From Antechinus flavipes (Eukaryota), in contig NC_067403.1 of assembly GCF_016432865.1 (NCBI RefSeq), positions 252,402,001 through 252,466,000 of the forward strand: a stretch of DNA of 64,000 bases, read 5' to 3'. The translations under genes and the position numbers were made by a program. Below are positions 23,806 to 38,300 of the stretch, one piece after another (positions within the stretch are counted from its first letter, which is position 1; each line of letters begins with the position of its first letter). The notes beneath the pieces are model-generated. The model was not told the origin of the DNA and made no database searches. It saw nothing but the letters and a program-made list of their open reading frames with translations.

Positions 23806-25199
23806 TTCACTTAACTGCCTCAGCTTCTTCAAATATAAAGGAGCTATTATTAATAACAGCATCTCCCTCTGTGGTTTGTTCTGAGGGAAAAAAAGAAACA
23901 TTTGTAAAGTACTCCCAAACTTCAAAGCATTATAAAAGCTAGCTAGTGATATTTTTAAGGTGCTCCTGCTCTTTCCCCAGATATCCTCCTCCACCCCCCA
24001 CCCCACCCCCAAGGTGAAACAGAATTAGGAGATCTGAGTATGGCTTTCACTTATTAACTGTCTAATCTAGTGGTCTACACATACCACTTTGATACAAATT
24101 AGCTAGCCACGAACACCTCTCTTGCAAGAATTGTAACCACCGTGGGGCTTAGTTTCCTCATCTGCAAATTAAACGTAAATGTACTTTCACTCTCCATCTT
24201 CACGAGGTTGTTGTGAATCTTAAAGTCTGATAGAAGTGGGACCAACTCTCATTATTGTTGTTTCTATTCCTGCCCCTCACCCCGCTCCCTTCCAATATCA
24301 CGAGCCATTCCCCTCCATCTTCTGGTCTTTGATTTTCCCTCACTTGGACCTCTTGGTATTTCTGCTTTCCTTCCAGCTTAATCCCCAGTTTGGTTGGGGG
24401 AAACTTTCTCTCGCCCCCCACCTCCCATTCTCCCTCCAGCAGATCCTCTTCTTGGCTTGGGTCCGCTTTGTATGCAACAGTGTATCTCCATAGATTGTGT
24501 CTTCCCCTAAGATTGTAATCTCCTTGAGGGCAGGAACTCTTTCATTCTTGTTTTAGTAGGTGCTTAATAATTGATTGTGGATTGCTTGATTTAGCCATTC
24601 TTTCTTCCTTGGGACTGTGTATTGCTCTCACTTTTAATTCTCTGGGAAAAGATAGTTTAAGGCAAGTTGAAGTCATCCTCCTTCTCTCTTTCACTTTCGG
24701 ATGAGGAACTGGGATTCTTTAAAATATAAATGACTTATCTAAAGTCACTCAGGTGATAAATGACTGAGCTGGAATTTGAATTTAAGCCCCGGGACTCCCA
24801 GGTGAACATTCTTTATGATCTACAGCACTGTCTTTTCAGAGTCCCTGAGCTCTGCTTCCCAGCACTGTTCCTTTCTCTTTCCATCCCCTTTGCTGAGATC
24901 TCTAGGGCCACCAGAGAACGTGGAGATGTGGTGAGGTACTGATGAGATGAGGAAGAAATAAGAGAAATTTAAAAATTGAAGATAGCATAATTATGCCAGG
25001 GGCCGAACAGCCCATCTTTGATGGAAGGATGGGGGCAGTGTGTGGCAAACTCAGTCCCTCAGTCCCTCCAGGCTTCTCCACCCTTTGGTTTCTCTCAGGC
25101 ACCCAATGGGATATAGGCAGAGATTTCCCTCCCTGCTCCCCCCCCCCATGGCTTGGGTCAGCTCACTTGGAAAAAACAGATTTTGAAAATAAAGTGGTT

Positions 25200-25330
25200 T
25201 AGGGGTAGTTAGTTGAATAGAATATTGGTCCTAGAGTCAGGGGGTTTTGAGTTCAAATTCAATCTCTGATGCTTGACATTTAGGCACAAGTCATTTAACC
25301 CCATTGCCTCACAAAGAAAACAGAAAAAAT
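25200..25330 (+). mobile_element. WSINE1-like SINE (similar copy ~31370-31505)
   Basis: gagtcagggg..tgagttcaaattc..caagtcatttaaccccattgcctc plus A-rich tail. Confidence 0.6.
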
Positions 25331-27889
25331 GTTATCTAATCCAAATCGATATATGATCATGAGTCAATCATCCCTCTTCCTTAGACCTCAATTTCTTCTT
25401 CTGTCAGATAAGAGGGATGGACCGGATGGTCTCAAAAAACTGTTCCAAATCCTGAAATTCTCCATCCTAAATCCTAATTCTAACACTTGATTTTCTATAT
25501 TCCAGATTAAACCGGATTAAAGTCCATATTCTAGGGTCTCTTCCAAATGCATACTCTACATTAGTGCTTCTCCGACTTTTCTTCTCGATATTTGGATACT
25601 ATTAAAAATTATGGAAGATCTGTCCAAAGAGTTTTGTTTATGGCAGTTATATTTATGGATATTTACCAAATCAGGTAAATATCAGGTAAATATTTACCAA
25701 ATCAGAAATAAAAACTCATTTTGAATTTGTAGACCATCTGAAAGGATTTCAGAGACCCCTGGAATTCAAGGACCCACAATTTGGGAACCACTGCTCTGCA
25801 AATGCCCCTTGTGTGTTCTGGAGTCCTTCCAGCTCTGATATTTTATATTCCATTCCACTTCGGAAAGTCTATGTTACATGTCCCCCAGGTCTGTTCCAAC
25901 TTGAATATGCCCCATTATAAGGCTTCTCCCAACTCCAGCAACCTCTCTACTAAGTTTTCTTTCAGCTCTGCCATCCTCTGTTCTAACTTCCCTCTTTGCT
26001 CTAAGGTTTTATGACCTCTGAATACCCAGAGAACATTGCTCTGTGGCCAGAAGTTTGCAGAAGACCTATTAAGGGAAGCTAAGCAATGACAGGGAAGATA
26101 AAAGTCGACTGAGGTCTATGAACACATGTGAAAGAAAGCAGGAAGAAGGAGCCCATTTGGGAGCTAGATGATGCTTCCGATGCTCATCTCCTTTGATCCA
26201 GGAATCCCACTCCTGCGGTTGCACCAAGAGAAAAACAAAGGTTCAACACCAAAATATTACCAGTAACCCTCTGTGTATTAATAGGATGGGTAACCCATGC
26301 CATCAATCGGGAAACAACTGGAATTCTGACATATGAGTGGAATGGAATATTGTTGGACTATAAGAAATGACAAATGTGGGGAGTTCAGGGAAGCAGAGAA
26401 CAATTTATTCTGTTGAGAATAGGAACACTGTTTTTTCACTGATATGAGGGACTCCTGGATGAGGAAACCCTTCACTCATGCAGATCTTCACCTCATCTTA
26501 GGACTTACCTTGAACTTTGGATAGATAAACAATTTTTTTTCAAAGTTGCATGGACAGCATGCATGAGAGGTAGCTCTTGAACTCAAGTCTTCCAGGCTCT
26601 TTTTCCACTAGACCAGGCTACCTTCCTCAAGGGCTGATTAAACTGAAACAAGAAAAAAAAATCATACGCAAATGAGTAAAACAGTGTAAATGAAAAGATT
26701 GCTCAAAGATTACTCAGAATAACTGGGGGGAACCCAATAAAGATTCTAGAAAAGAAATAACAAAACTTCTCCTCTTGCCCAGGTCAGATCAGGGACTGCC
26801 AGAACTGAATATTGTATGCAAAAAATTCTTTCATAAGCAGAGGTATTTAATATTTTTGCTTAATTTTTTTTCTTAATTTTGCTTTCTATTTATTTCCTTG
26901 TTATAGAAGGGAATGAATGAAGATGGGATAGGAAATATCTATAACAAAAGACATCAACATCATGAATTGGAAACAATAAAGATATTTAAAATACCTATCC
27001 CAAAATGTTATTCTATTAAGTAACTCATTTCTAGGTATAAAAGGAAGAAGTTTGGGGTTGTTTTTTGCTTTGTTGCATTATGTTGAACATCCTGCTCTAA
27101 CCAGTTCCCTTAATAGAGCTAGAGAGGATTTGCATAGCCACACCACATGCAATCAGTCCATTTCAGCAGGGTGGAGGATGGGCCAAGGGACTTTGTCATA
27201 GCAGGCCTCAAATAGCTTTGAACCCTAGGAATGGTCAAAGACCAGATCTCTTGGATCCTGTGCCAAATTCCATGACTTTTCTTCCCTGGGGACGGTATTA
27301 GGAACAAGACATCAATCTTTTATGCTTTCTGGCTCCTTCTAAGAATTTGGCCACCAGGGCCTAGGAGTTCTGAGTTCTCTAAAAAATGTGGGAGTCCTTA
27401 CTTTGCCCAGTCGCTCCTCCCCGGCCTCCCACACACTCTATTTCCCCTTAGAGACTCATTATCCATCATATGGTCTAATGTCCATGGTCTTGCCAGTCAA
27501 GTCAAATTTAGTTTCCTTTATCTGGCACTCAATACTTTTCACTGACTGATATCATCCCACCCTTTCCTCCTTAACCTCTATGGTCCAGACAAAATGATCT
27601 CCCTGCCCCCCAAAATCCCCTATCTTCACCCCACTTTGCTCCTTTGCTCACACCCTCCTTCCTATTAATGTTCTCCAGCCCCTCATAGCTCTGACATTCT
27701 TATTAGAGCGTTGCACATGTTTGCATGCACATGAGTGAGAGTCTTCAGTCCAAAGTGGCCTTAATATTTATTTCCTGAATTATAACAAATATCTCAGAAT
27801 TCTTCATCCTCCCAATGTATTGTAGGTCACTGAACCCTTTGTTTATTGCTGTGGGCTCTAAAGATCCTTCAGTCTCATTTTGTGTTTAA

Positions 27890-28860
27890 CAGGATAATTT
27901 TCTGATGAAATTGAAACTATTTCCACTCATATGAAAGAGTTCCAAATCACTATTGATCAGAGAAATGCAAATTAAGACAATTCTGAGATACACACCTGTC
28001 AGATTGGCTAAGATGACAGGAAAAAATAATGATGAATGTTGGAGGGGATGGGGGAAAACTGGGACACTGATGCATTGTTGGTGGAGTTGTGAACGAATCC
28101 AACCATTCTGGAGAGCAATCTGGAATTATGCCCAAAAAGTTATCAAACTGTGCATCCCCTTTGATCCAGCAGTGTTTCTACTGGGCTTATACCCCAAAGA
28201 GATACTAAAGAAAGGAAAGGGACCTGTATGTGCCAAAATGTTTGTGGCAGCCCTGTTTGTAGTGGCTAGAAACTGGAAACTGAGTGGATGCCCATCAATT
28301 GGAGAATGGTTGAATAAATTGTGGTATATGAACATTATGGAATATTATTGTTCTGTAAGAAATGACCAGCAGGATGAATACATAGAGACTTGGAGAGACC
28401 TACATGGACTGATGCTGAGTGAAATGAGCAGAACCAGGAGATCATTATACACTTCGACAACGATACTGTATGAGGATGTATTCTGATGGAAGTGGATCTC
28501 TTCGACAAAGAGAAGATCTAACTCAGTTTCAGTTGATCAAGGATGGACAGAAGCAGCTACACCCAAAGAAAGAACACTGGGAAATGAATGTAAATTGCTT
28601 GCATTTTTGTTTTTCTTCCCGGGTTATTTTTACCTTCTGAATCCAATTCTCCCTGTGCAACAAGAAAACTGTTCGATTCTGCACACATATATTGTATCTA
28701 GGATATACCGTGACCTATTTTACATGTATAGGACTGCTTGCCATCTGGGGGAGGGGATGGAGGGAGGGAGGGGAAAAATTGGAACAGAAGCGAGTGCAAA
28801 GGATAGTGCTGTAAAAAGTAACCCTGGCATGGGTTCTGATAATAAAAAGTTATTTTAAAA
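27890..28860 (+). mobile_element. L1 LINE 3' portion (ORF2 C-terminus plus 3'UTR)
   Basis: ORF 27953-28486 IREMQIKT...HCWW...IPFDPAV.LLGLYPKE...MFVAALFVVARNWK...CPSIGEWLNKLWYM..MEYY is the L1 ORF2 C-terminal domain; AATAAA and A-tail at ~28840. Confidence 0.95.
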
Positions 28861-29309
28861 AATATATATAGGCTAGTCTTCATTACTCCCCATCATAACG
28901 GAGTAAGTAGGAGACATTAGAAAGTGGATGTGATATTTAAGATCAAAGGAGCATCAACACTGGTTTATTTTGTAAAGATCGTTTGCTGAGCTTGCATCCA
29001 TCGGTTAGGCTTGTAGAGGCTGCCTGGTACGGTGAAAAGGATATTGGATTAAAGAGATATGGTCTCAAATCTCAGTTTCAACACTTAATAGATGTATTCT
29101 TCTAGACAATTCATTTCTCCTCTGTGACCCACATGGATAAAATGCAGACAGTCCAACCACAGAGAGCTAGCACTACAAATCTGGATGAGATCGTGGGAGT
29201 CTCCCAACTGGCCACCCCAAGTTCAGGTCCTTTCTGAAGAAGCCCATGCCATGAAGTGACATTAAGTCCATAGGTCTATAGGAGGCCGGTAGAAAAACAG
29301 AACGCACTC

Positions 29310-30385
29310 AAGCCATTCTCTAATTGATAAATGGTCAAAGGTTATGAACAGACAATTTTCAAATGAAAAAAATTGAAACTATTTGTAGCCACATGAAAAG
29401 GTGCTCCAAATCACTATTAATCAGAGAAATGCAAATTAAGACAATTCTGAGATACTACTATCTACCTGTCAGATTGGCTAAGATGACAGGAAAAGATAAT
29501 GATGTTGCAGGGGATGTCGGGAAACTGGGATACTGATATATTGTTGGTAGAACTGTGAACGAATCCAACCGTTCTGGAGAGCGATTTGGAACTATGCTCA
29601 AAAATTATTAAACCGTGCATCCCCTTTGATCCAGCAGTGTTTCTACTGGGCTTATATCCCAAAGAGATCTTAAAGGAGAGAAAGGGACCCACGTGTGCAA
29701 AAAAATGTTTGTGGCAGCCCTGTTTGTAGTGGCAAGAAACTGGAAATTGAGTGGATACCAAGCAGTTGGGGAAATGACTGAATTCATTGTGGTATATGAA
29801 TGTTATGGAATATTATTGTTAGGTTAGAAAAGACCAGCAGGATGATTCCAGAGAGGACTGGAGAGACTTACATGAACTGATGCTAAGTGAAATGAGCAGA
29901 ACCAGATCATTATACATGGCAACAACAAGACTATACGATGATCAATTCTGAGGACATGGCTCTCTTCAATATTGAGATGATTCAAACCAGTTCATTTGTG
30001 CAGTGATCAAGAGAGCCATCTACAGCCAGAGAGAGAACCATGGAAACTGAGTGTGTATCATAACATAGCATTCTCACTCTATTATTTGTTTTCATTGTGT
30101 TTTCTTTCTCAGTTTTTCTTTTCCTTCCTCCTTGATCTGATTTGTGTGTGTGTGTGCAGCAAGATAAGTGTATAAATATGTATACGTATATTGGATCTAA
30201 CATGTATTTCAACATATTTAACACATATTGGACTACCTGCCAGCTGGGGGAAGGAGTGGGGAGAAGGAGAGGAAAATTTGGAACAGAAAGTTTTGCAAGG
30301 GTCAATGTTGGAAAAATTACCCAAGCATATGCTTTGTAATTAAAAAGCTTTAATTAAAAAATTAAAAAGAAAAAAAGAAAAACAA
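29310..30385 (+). mobile_element. Second, older L1 3' portion
   Basis: Frameshifted homolog of the 27890-28860 copy, with a different 3'UTR and an A-rich tail at 30350-30385. Confidence 0.9.
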
Positions 30386-31839
30386 CTCACTGGTTGATAA
30401 CTTCTGCGTTTCGTCTGATCTTCCTGATCTTCTGCATCTGAGGAGTAATATATCACCTGTTGCCCAAAAATGTGTTCCCTTGAGTGCTTTTAGGGGAACT
30501 GAGGACCCTCTTTACATTTGTAGAAACATGGACACAAGCTATGTTCAGAGATTTCCCCAAAATTAATTTGGATAAGAGCATTAAGCCAAAAAGGAACTAG
30601 TATCTTTGGAGTCAGTGCCCCAAATTAGAGCTGGTCTTATTTAGAGTTAGGGTACCTTGAGCCATGGGTCCCCTCTAAAAGAACTCTTTAGCTACAACTA
30701 GCTCCAATTCACTTTTTAGACTTATTTCACATTATTCTCCCCTATGATGTTTGTATTCCAGTCAAAGTGGACCCAAGGCAGCTTCCTAATCTCAAAGCTC
30801 CATTTCCCATCCCTCTGCAGGGGCACAGACTATTCCCTTCTTCCTCCCCACATAGTCTGGGATGGCTTTTGTCAAGGCTCCATTTGTCTTTTGTTCTCCA
30901 AGAGAACCAGGACATCAGGGAGGGGATGCCATGACATGCAAGTGAGTTGGATTTAAGTGAGGGAGGGATGGGCAAGGTCACTTTCCCCCTCACTTTCCCC
31001 TCCAGAGCCTTCTGGGTCCAATAGCAAGACATAGACCAGGAGAGTGGAAATGGCCCTCCCACTCAGGTGATTTCTCCTCTAGGAAACCTTTCCTGATCTC
31101 CCACCAGGGGATATTCTTTCCCTCTTCAAATTACCTTTAATTATCCTCACCCAGTAAGAAGTTAGAACATAAACTCCTTGAGGGGGCAGGATATTTCCAT
31201 TTTGTCTTTGTATCCCTGCACCCAGTGTATTACATGTTTAGTGTTTGTTGATTTGGAGAAAAATAATTCCCTGAATCTTAAAACACAATTTAAAAATATT
31301 AGTATTTTTACTAATTTTTTTATTATATTAATATTTTTATTAGTATTATACTAATACTCAATAACACTATATTTGGGACAGCTAGATGAATGAGCATTGG
31401 ATAGAGGTTCAAATCCAACCTCAGATATTTGATACTTATTAGCTGTGTGACTCTGGGCAAGTCACTTAGCCTTGATTACCTCCCCAATCAATCAATCAAT
31501 CAATAACCCTATAATGAAGAATAACGATAATAGAGACGTGATCAGACCCTCAATCTTAGAGAATCACAGGATCATAGAACTAGGAAGTAATTCAAAGCCA
31601 GTCTAGTCCCACCATTCATTTTACAGAAGAGGAAACAAGTCATTTGGCTCTAATGGGAGCCAGGGAGTGAGAGAGGAGGGAAGAGCTAAGTTCACAGCTC
31701 CCTTCCTAGGGGAAGCCCAAGGGGTATCAAGGGGATTGGGGGTGGGTGAAGGGCCAGGACAGAGCTGCACCGATCCCTGTTTTCTGAGCATTTCCCTGCA
31801 GAGGAAGATCCCAAAGCATCAGTAGTTTCCCACACACAC

Positions 31840-32060
31840 ACCAGGTGTGCTCAAGCTGAAGACCTCCAGATTGGGGACCATTCTCAGGTGAGGGACCCAG
31901 AGCCCCAGGGAGGGAGAGCAGGCCGCGTTCTCTGCAGGGAGGGCTCCTCTCCTCCCTCCCCCAGGGTGGTAGTTTCCCCACAGTCCCTTCCCCGAGGCAG
32001 GTGGGGGCTTCTCCAGGTGCTCCCGCTCTCCTCCTGGGCCAAACAATCCATATAAGGCGG
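31840..32060 (+). promoter_or_regulatory. ZP1 promoter: TATA box and E-boxes
   Basis: TATAAG at 32051; CAGGTG at 31842, 31885, 31998 and 32014. ZP promoters are known to use a CANNTG near -200 bound by FIGLA; 31885 is about -195 from a TATA-predicted start. Confidence 0.65.
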
Positions 32061-32132
32061 CCCTGCGGCTCCCTCTCCAGTGCAGGAGGCGGCAGGGAGC
32101 CTGTCGGGAGGCTCGGTGCGGGAGGTCTCGCA

Positions 32133-32301
32133 ATGGGTGGGGGAAAGTGTTGGGAGTTCCTGCTTCTGGCGACTCTGGGGCTCTTCCTGGGTCAGACACC
32201 TGGAGCCGGGGGCTTGCAGCACAGGCTCGAATGTGGCTCCTACAGCATGCAGTTGCTGGTCTTCCCAAGGCCGGGCCGAATGATCCGCTTCAAGGTGGTG
32301 G
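32133..32301 (+). CDS. ZP1: ZP1 exon 1
   Basis: [20 protein letters not shown]...[23 protein letters not shown]; G|GTGAGT. Confidence 0.9.
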
Positions 32302-35300
32302 GTGAGTGGCTGCTGTTGGAGAGGGCCCGAGTTCCCAGCTGGACAGCCTGTAAGTTCTTGAGGGTGCTTCTGCCTTTGCCTCCCACGCACCTGGAACACA
32401 GTAGGCGCTTAATAAATGTTTGGTTCTTCCACAGCGCGTAGCCTTCTGAGGCTGGCCCCCTAGTGGGAATCGTAGGGCAATCCCGTTGGCTAACCCGAGT
32501 ATAGCGCCCACAGCCGGGGTGACGGCTCTGTGGGCTTCTCTTCCCCAGATGAGTTTGGGACCGCTTTTGAAGTGACCAACTGCTCCATCTGTCTCCACTG
32601 GATCTCCTCCAAGCCCCAGGGTCCCGCCATCTTCTCCGCAGGTTACCACGGATGCCACGTCACGAAGAAGGTGGGCTGTCCTTCTGTTGTCTTGGTCGGG
32701 CCCGGGCAGGGCTCTATGGGTCAAGAGCCTCTCCTGCTGGTCACTGAGGCTGCCCGGTTCTCCTGTAGTATAGAACAGAAAGCTGAGCTGGGGGGCTAAC
32801 GCCTAGGGGGAAACATTGGCTGTTTGACCCATTTCATAGATGAGAAAGTTGAGGCTCAGATTTAGACTTATTTAGAGCTAGATGGACTTCATGTGCCAAC
32901 TAACCCACCCCTTTATTTTATGGAGGGGAAAACTGCGGCCCAGAATGTGACTTGAACAAATTAACCATTGTATGGGGCAGTCAAGTACAAACCGTCTGGA
33001 GTTGGATTTGAACCCAGAACCTCTACTCGATACAAGTGTCCTCTTCCCTGCACCGGACTCCTCAGCCTCGGGGCGTTCTTGCCTGTGGGCAGCCTGATAT
33101 AAACCGGGGGTCCTTTCACTAATACGCCAGGGGGGTGGTAGAGTTCCCCTAGGAATGCTGTGGAGGTGGGGACTGGGGGGAGGAACCGGGGAGGGAAGGG
33201 AGGAGGGACCCGGGAAGGGAAAGCGGGAAGGGGGACCCTCCCCCCAGCCTCTGACCTGTCTGTCTCTACCTCAGGATGATCAGTACCACTTACGGGTATT
33301 CGTGGAAGAGATGCTGGGCGCTCACGTTGATGAAACTCGAGTCGTGACCCTGATCTGCCCCAGACCTGCGCCCCCCAACACGTTAGGCGCCCCGCTTCCT
33401 CATCCCTCCCCCGCCAGCTTCCATCCTCATCCTCGCCTTCCCTCTCCCCCTCACCCTATCCACCCGGAGTGGAGACGTCCATCCCTCCCACCTGTTGCTG
33501 ATCGCACCCGGCCGCCGGCCCGAATCCAGCCCACCTGGCCTCGCTCCTCCGGCCGCGGCTCTCCAGTGCACCAGATCTTCCCGCCGCAGCCAGGTGAGTC
33601 CGGCTCCTTCCCAGGGGTCCTTTCCGCCAGAGGGGGCAGGGGGAGGTTCTTGGCGGACTCTTCCTCGAGGCGAGCTCCGCCCTGCCGCCATCGAGCACCT
33701 CCAAGAGGGGCGGCCTGATGCTGGGGCAGGGGATCCCCCTAGATCAGCCGGCCGCCTCTTGTAGGTCAGGACGGACTTCCCGCGATCCCCCGCGACCCTC
33801 CGAGCCAGGAGCGATGCCGTGTGGGCTCCGGCCGCCTCCCGTGCGCGGAAGGTGCGAGCCCCGAAGCCTGTCTCCGAGCTGGCTGCTGCTTTGACCACAC
33901 AGATGAGGAGATCCCGTGTTTCTATGGCAACACAGGTGCGCTTGCATCCCTAAGTAATTGCTCTTTTTATTAAAGAGCATTAGACCCCCGGCACGAAGAT
34001 ATAGTCCCTACTATCACGTGAACTTACTAATGATAACAAACAACATATACAGCATAAATGCAAAACTAACAAATATGAATGTATATACATGAGAGAGAGA
34101 GAGAGAGATTGGGGAGGATACTAGTGGTTGGGGGATCACGAAGAGAAGGTTTTGAAAAAATTGAGAGAAGCTCTCTCAAACCCAGCTTCTTAAGCTGTGG
34201 CTCACAACCCCATCTGGGGCCTTATAACTGAATGTGGGGGGTATGAAATCATCATTTATTCTCAGTAAATATTTGCTTTGTAGACCTGTTTTATATACCC
34301 GAGTCATATAAAAATTTCTTGGGCAAAAAGCTTAAGAAGACTTGCTCTCAAAGATCACCAGCCCCGAGAAGCCCTGGAGGGGTTAAGTCCCAGCATCCAA
34401 ATGCTCATGTCTTAAACTTTGCACTGCTAAAAATGAGGCAGGAAAAATCTCTGGGTTTGGGCCAAGGCCCTTAGCTATTGATTATCAGGAGCAGCCGTAG
34501 GCCCCCTACCCCGGGTACCCCTCTGACACTAACTTGCCTTGCTCATCTGGCCAGCCACTGTCCAGTGTTCTGAAGATGGCCACTTCATCCTGGTGCTCTC
34601 CCGGAATATGACCTCGGCAAAGCAGGTCAGTCTGGAGAGCATCAGGCTAGCCTACGCCTCGGATGGCTGCGCCCCGACCCAGAGGACAAGAGACTTCGTG
34701 GTCTTCCGATTTCTGGTCACCCAGTGTGGCACCTCCACGCAGGTAAGGGGCAGGGGACGGCTCTGCGGGTGGCTATGGCGTCCCACAGCGGGAAGTCCCT
34801 CATCTGCCTCCCCTTCCCCAGCTGGTCAACAACCAACTCGTCTATGAGAACCAACTGGTGGCGGACGTGGGCATCCAGACGGGGCCAGAAGGTGCCATCA
34901 CGAGGGACAGCACCTACCTGTGAGTAAGCTCTCTGCCCGGCTCTGAAGGCCGGGCAGCCCCCGGGGCTCTTGAGCTATTTAGTACAGAGGGGTTAGCCCC
35001 AGGGACCCGGCAAGCTGTCCGTTCTGGCCCTAGGATCCAGAGCCTGTGCTGTGTCATCCCTGGGCCCTTACAGTGGGTAAGGGGGAACGGTGCCAGGGGG
35101 AGGCTGCCTTTTAGCACGGAGATGGGTATCTGGGTTTGGTTGGCAGAAGGCGTACAGAAGCCTTGGTCGGGGGATTTCATTACCAAGAAACTGTAGTCAG
35201 AAGCCCAAGTCTTAATCTGAAAGTGAGGTGTTTGTTCCATGCAGCAAATGGCCTTGAGGTTTTCGTACGATAAGGAACAGAGTTGGCCCCTAGAAACAGG

Positions 35301-38300
35301 AAGCCGAAGGTACAGGTCCTGCCCGGAAGCCTCGCAGGAGCTGGCGGGCATGGGGGTACAGAAGGCCCTATCGAGGCTCGGGGCCTCCATCTCTGCAAGG
35401 GCCATAGCAGAACCCCGCTATTTGTAGGTAGCGAGTCTCTTGACACTGCTGGGCGAGGTCCTAAGTACTTGGAGGTGACGAGAGGCCCGCCGTCTCCAAA
35501 GGGCACGGGGCCCAGATCTGTCCTCCTATAGTCACATGAGATGCCTTGGGTTTCTTTAGGAGTCACCCTCCCTGACACACTGGTGCCAGTTCTGGCCTTC
35601 AGGGGGCATATAATCTAGCTAAGGGGATGAGATTGGGAAGGGTGACAGAACTGTAACATTCAGGGAAGCAGTCTGATAGTCTTGTCTCTCGGATCCAAGG
35701 AGAGGAGTCCAAATCCTGCCTGTCTTTATCACCTGAGGGACCTTAAAGAAATCACTTAACCCCAATTTTCTCAGCAAAAAGAAATTAAGTGATTTGCCCA
35801 GGCTCATACAGCTAGGCAGTGTCTGAGATCAGATTACTGATTTATTTTTATTTATTTCTATTTTTTTGCTGAGGCAATTGGAGTTAATTAACTTAACTTG
35901 CCCAGGGTCACACAACTAGGAAGTATTAAGTGTCTGAGGCCAGATTTAAACTTGGGTCTTCTGACTTCAGGGCTGGTGCTCTATCCACTGAGCCCCCTAG
36001 CTGCCCCATTTAACTTTAGTGCCTCAGTTTCTCCATTTGTAAAGTAAAGAACCAGACAATCTCTTCATTTTAAAGTTGTGAATTTATGGCCAAGTCTGCA
36101 ACAATCCTGCAGAAATTAGACTAGAAACATCCATCCCTGAACCCGAATCCTTTGACATCTGATAGTTCTGCTTCTCATAGAAGATCAACCAGTAAGAATG
36201 AACCCTCCAACTCTCACTTTGTACATGAAACAAGCTTCAAGCCGTTGGTCTGAAACCTTCTGCTGCCAAGAACCAATCTCATTGGGGCAGCCCAGTGGGT
36301 AGAGCACTGAGCCAGACTTGAAGGCTTTAACCTGAATTTCTCTCAATTTCCTCCTCATGAAATGGAGGTACTAATGGCACCCCCCCGAGTCTGAGATTCA
36401 ATGAGAGCTTTTGCCAAGTACTCGGCAGAATGCCTGGCACACAGCAGGTGCTTCACAAATGCTAGCTCATTGACCCTTCTTTGCAACAGCCCCCAAATAC
36501 TTTGTGTCCGTGCCCCCCTGCTACCAGCTTGCTCAGTCCCTGGCAGCGCCAAGTTACCGAAGACTAGAAATACAAGAGTTTAACTTCAAATGCTTCAATT
36601 ATCTGACCCTAGGTCTCGATTCTTTGGGCCCCTTTAAAATGGGGGGATGATGGTGCCTTCTTTACATGGCAGGTAGCCAAGTGGGGCTGTCAAACCTTAA
36701 GGCACGGCTGGATTGGAGGCTATTCTCAGGCCTAGATCACTGGAGGGAGGCAGTGTTGGGGAGGCAGGAAACCAAAACAGATGGACCTCTTTCCTAAAGC
36801 TTGGCTTGGGAAGGGTGGAGAATGGGGGGGGGGGATAGCCTTTGATTCTGTCCATCCCAACTGTACAAGGGGAAAGGGGGAGCCCCAAGACCGGGCTGCC
36901 TCCTTCTCTCCCCGTAGTCCACCACCTCTCAGAAGGGAGGCGAGCCTCCTTGCTGGGTAAGGACTGGCCGCTTCATTGATGGACTCTAGCTTTTCCCTTA
37001 CGGTACCACTCTATCAGTCTGCTGGCAATGTCCCAGCTCCTTGAGACTATATAAATTCAGCTTTTCCCCATGAAAGGAGCCGGGCCAGCCCCAGCTAACC
37101 GTGTCTCCACATTCTCCCTCCGCCGCAGCCTCCACGCGCGCTGCATCTACAACGTCAGCAACTTCCTGCCTCTCCAGCTGGAAGTCTTCCTGCCGTCGCC
37201 ACCTGCCCCCGTGCTCGGATCCGGTCCCTTGCATCTTGAGCTCCGAATCGCCAAGAGTAAGGAAATCCCCATCCCGCCATCCTCAGACCCTTTTTAGCCT
37301 CCGTACCCAAAAGCTCACGGCAGCCTCCTTCTCTCCCAAACATAGATGAGAAATATGGCTCCTACTATCACGTGGAAGACTTCCCCATCTTCAAGACGCT
37401 CCGGGAACCCATCCACGTAGAAGTGAGACTCCTCCGGAGGACAGACCCCCACCTGGTGCTGGTTCTGCACCACTGCTGGGCTACCCCCAGCACCAACCCC
37501 TTCAAGGAACCTCAGTGGCCGCTTCTGTTCGATGGGTGAGTGGCTAGTTGGGGGCCGACACTGGACAGGGCCCGACTTCTCAGCAGATCGCAGCTCAAAT
37601 CTCACCGATGTCTTTCCTAGATGCCCATTTTCTGGAGATGGCTACAAGACCCAGTTAGTACCCAAGAACATATCAGAGTCCCCCTTCCCCACTCATTATC
37701 AGCGTTTCATCGTAGCCACCTTTACCTTTGTGGACTCTGCCTCCCAGAGGGCTCTCGGTGGACCGGTAAGAACCACGACTCGGTTCTGGACAGAGATGAG
37801 GAAAATCTCCCTCTGAGGGACTGAAGGGATAGAAATGGGAGACAAAACAGCCGGACAACGAGGTGTATGGAAGCCACAAGTGTAGGGAGAGGTTGTGAAG
37901 GGATTTTGGTACCTCCATTAGAAGAGAAATGGGAGTTGCTGGGTTTTATCCAACAGGAAGGGCTGATGCAGTCAGTCCTGTGCACTTCAGGAATCCCCCG
38001 GGATAGTGGTATGGAGGATGAATTGCTGCAGGGAGACCATGAAAATAGTCCACTTAAAAGATGGTGAGAGGCCAGTTGAGGGCGATGGTGTGAGTAGGAA
38101 GGAGACCAGCAACAGTTTGTAGCCAAGACAAGTCTTGGAAGCCTCAGACTAGAAGGTTCCCTTTTCCTGGCTGAGATCCCAGGAATAAAGAGCCTTCTAC
38201 CTCTGGCATCTGCTGGAGTGTTTAGGGGCCCTGGATTCCTTCCTACCCAACACCAGGACAGAACATTTCCATCATGGCCAAGTCTAATAGACTGCCCAAA

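Noticed and set aside
23243-23884. 213-aa mucin-like Thr/Tyr/Leu ORF
   Set aside because: (TAC)n has no plus-strand stops; no splice or promoter context.
27953-28486. 177-aa ORF as a host gene
   Set aside because: It is the L1 ORF2 C-terminus of a truncated copy.
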